A stretch of DNA of 64,000 bases from Styela clava (Eukaryota), in assembly GCF_964204865.1 (NCBI RefSeq), contig NC_135264.1, positions 13,144,001 through 13,208,000 on the forward strand, written 5' to 3'. The first letter of the stretch is position 1; each line of letters begins with the position of its first letter. The notes under the pieces were generated by a model. That model did not search any database. It had not been told where the DNA came from and was given only the letters and a program-made list of their open reading frames with translations. Both the position numbers and the translations under genes were made by a program. Of this stretch, positions 61,500 to 64,000 are shown piece after piece.

Positions 61500-64000
61500 A
61501 ATATAACAGAAACGTAATGTAACAATTACTTTAGTGATGTAAAAAGGTGAAAAATCCGCAAGAAATTCAGTGCTATGAATATAAAGCAATATTCTAAGCA
61601 ATCAAGATAAAAACGTGATACTAGCTTTTAAATACAATCGTAAAAATTATTGAATAACATACAATCTAGTCTGTTGTAACACACTGGCAACTAAATCATA
61701 CGTTACATACGCATACATTAATGCATTCGCGAAAGTAAAACCTTTGCATTACAATGAAGTTCTGATACGTTTTTTATCTTTCAATAAAATGAAAAAACAA
61801 ACCTGTCCGTTTATTGAAGCGACCACATTACCATCGAGTTGTGGCAATATCGAACATCAAACGTTAAGTTTCGACCACCTCTTTATACCTGTAATTAAAT
61901 TGTAACATCACGGGTAATTAATACTATTCACCAATGTTCAAATGGTGCCGAAACACCCGATATTAAATCTTAGATTAGACAAATTTATAAGCTATTCCAG
62001 TAATAGTAACAAGATCGCTTACACTTAAGAGTTTAAGAATTTTTCCGGATATAAAACGATATAAATATAATTACCTTTAATTTGCTGTTAAATGTTTCAA
62101 CGTGGAATGTGATGAGTTTTTTCACATGTTGGAGAGACTCCGCCTGAAATATAAGGTGGCAAAATCGTAAAAGAGTACAGCGGTAAATTTTTATTTTTGG
62201 TCGATAAACTCTGGTAACAAAACTGCTCAATAATAATGAATACTGAATATATTGAATTTTGTTCGAATTAAACATAATATTCATCATCAAGCGTCATAAA
62301 AAAAAAAACGGTAAAAATCTTTTTGGCACGCTGTTATCTTGAACTTTATTACCGTATAAAATTTAAGTTACCTCATTAATCCTCCTTGGTATCCTGAATG
62401 AAAATCATACATTTCAATAGTATTGAATAATCTTTGGTTTGTGTTCGTCGCATCTTGTTTTCGTTTCACATCTTCGGACTCCATTTTCAGTTTGTAGTAG
62501 TAATAAAAATTCAAAGAGTAATCTAGGTATAATTTTAGTCTATAGTATAATAATATAGCTGTAATATAAAACGTGATATTTTGTTAAATGGAGCCAAGTG
62601 TGAGAATATAACAAGACACAGATTCACAATTATTAGAAAAAAAATTTAATAAACCGTTGCTACCTGACGGTCGCGGTAATCTAAAAAAGACCGACGAGCA
62701 AGAAGTGCCCGCATAAGAATCGAGATTTAATCGCTTTTGGATCGAAAAGAAATATACAAAGACATGATATCATAATTCTTGGTTGTATTACAAATTTCTG
62801 TCAACCAAATGTCGTAAACTAATTTCATGATCGTAAAAATTCAAATAATCACCTTATTACTTCATTATCGCCTCCGTTCGCATATTCTTTCGTAGTCTGA
62901 TTCAGAAAATGAAAAGTAAAAATCTAAGAATTTGCTATCAGAATTCGCTCAAATGTTTCAGTAAAGGCCTGCTTAGTTCAATTCAACTATATTAGCATAT
63001 CTATAAAAAGATAAAAATTAGCTGCAAAATACAACGTTTCAAGTATACAGAAGAGTAAGTGAAACAGGGTAGAGTCGTAGACAATTAACAATAAGTAGAC
63101 GAAATAAGACGGCAAGAAAAAGTAAAGAAACACACAATTAAGATTTTGCAAAGAGCGTGACACCAATTAATGATTGCCGTTGAAATGAAAAAAAAATATT
63201 ACAATAAAATATGTTACCTTTGAAATAGCCAAACAAATTCTTTCTTCAAAGTTTATATTCAGCACATATAAAGTCATCGATTCCACAGTCTCAACTAAGT
63301 TCCCATTTTCTGTTGCTATCCAGCAGTTTCCGATATCAACATTAAGTTTGTTCACTCCAGTAAGTGCAAGGTACGAAAGCTGAGGCAGGGTGATTCGAAT
63401 ATGCAGAAACGTAAAAAAAAACGATAAATTTACAATTGAATCCCTATTCTATACTAAATTTACTTTCAACTACATTGGTTATATTAACTGTAAAAACTGA
63501 AGATATAAATGAAACGTAGTGTAACAATTTACTGGTGTAAAAAGGGGAAAAATCCGTAAGAATTATACGGTTACCTTATTAATCCTTGATCGACACCTTG
63601 GTTTGTGTTTATCACATCTGCTATTTTCGTTCCAATTTAAAAAAAAATCAGAACTCATCACGGCATTTCCAATTTGTAGTAATTTAAATTAGCAGTTATT
63701 TAGATCTAATTTTAATTTAGTGTAGCTGTAATAGATGTAAAGAACTTAAAATGTTAGGAAAATCAACGTGATGGGATATGAAAGGATGAGCGACACTCAG
63801 ATGCAGTCAACTCATTTAAAAAGCAAAATCAGAATAAATAATGAATTAACCGTTCTTACCTGACGATGGTGGCTTGTATCTAGTGGATTTTTTTTTGGCA
63901 CAGATCAAAAAAAGATGAGCCTGTAAAATACGTCAACATTTAACAAGTTTGGAATTTAAAATTATACTCAATACATGATATCACGATTCTTGGTTAGTAT
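61500..64000 (-). repeat. Second degenerate mini-exon array (~1.2-kb period), opposite orientation, running off the window end
   Basis: Minus-strand exon ends ggattaatgag|gt (62372), gaagtaataag|gt (62852) and ggattaataag|gt (63574); gtgaacaaacttaatgttgatatcggaaact (63355); tacctgacg..acatgatatca..attcttggtt repeated at 62661-62784 and 63857-63995. Confidence 0.6.

Noticed and set aside
1-64000. CRISPR arrays, operons, prophage or other prokaryotic systems
   Set aside because: The sequence is eukaryotic with spliceosomal introns, and no regularly spaced identical direct repeats were seen.

Overview
AT-rich (about one-third GC by eye), intron-containing animal genomic DNA, most consistent with an ascidian (tunicate). 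That assignment is inferred from the short GT-AG introns, an LDLa-repeat GPCR, intronless Not-type homeobox genes and dense hAT MITEs. Left to right, the window holds: (1) the 3' part of an STK35/PDIK1L-like kinase with a ~1,300-aa disordered tail; (2) a doubtful small minus-strand gene; (3) an RRM + RS/RG-rich RNA-binding protein; (4) nested Buster-type hAT elements; (5) a minus-strand GPCR with ~15 LDLa modules and no LRRs; (6) a divergent cullin-4 gene, possibly CUG-initiated; (7) a tandem Not-like homeobox cluster of two intact copies plus a MITE-disrupted pseudogene. The 48.6-64 kb region has no recognisable protein gene and is the most unusual part. It contains two convergent, mutually homologous arrays of degenerate mini-exons with conserved splice sites but no shared reading frame. 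It also contains a recent three-junction inverted duplication and a ~1.3-kb palindrome carrying two outward-facing tRNA-like Pol III promoter cassettes. Exon boundaries were read by eye and may be off by a few bases.
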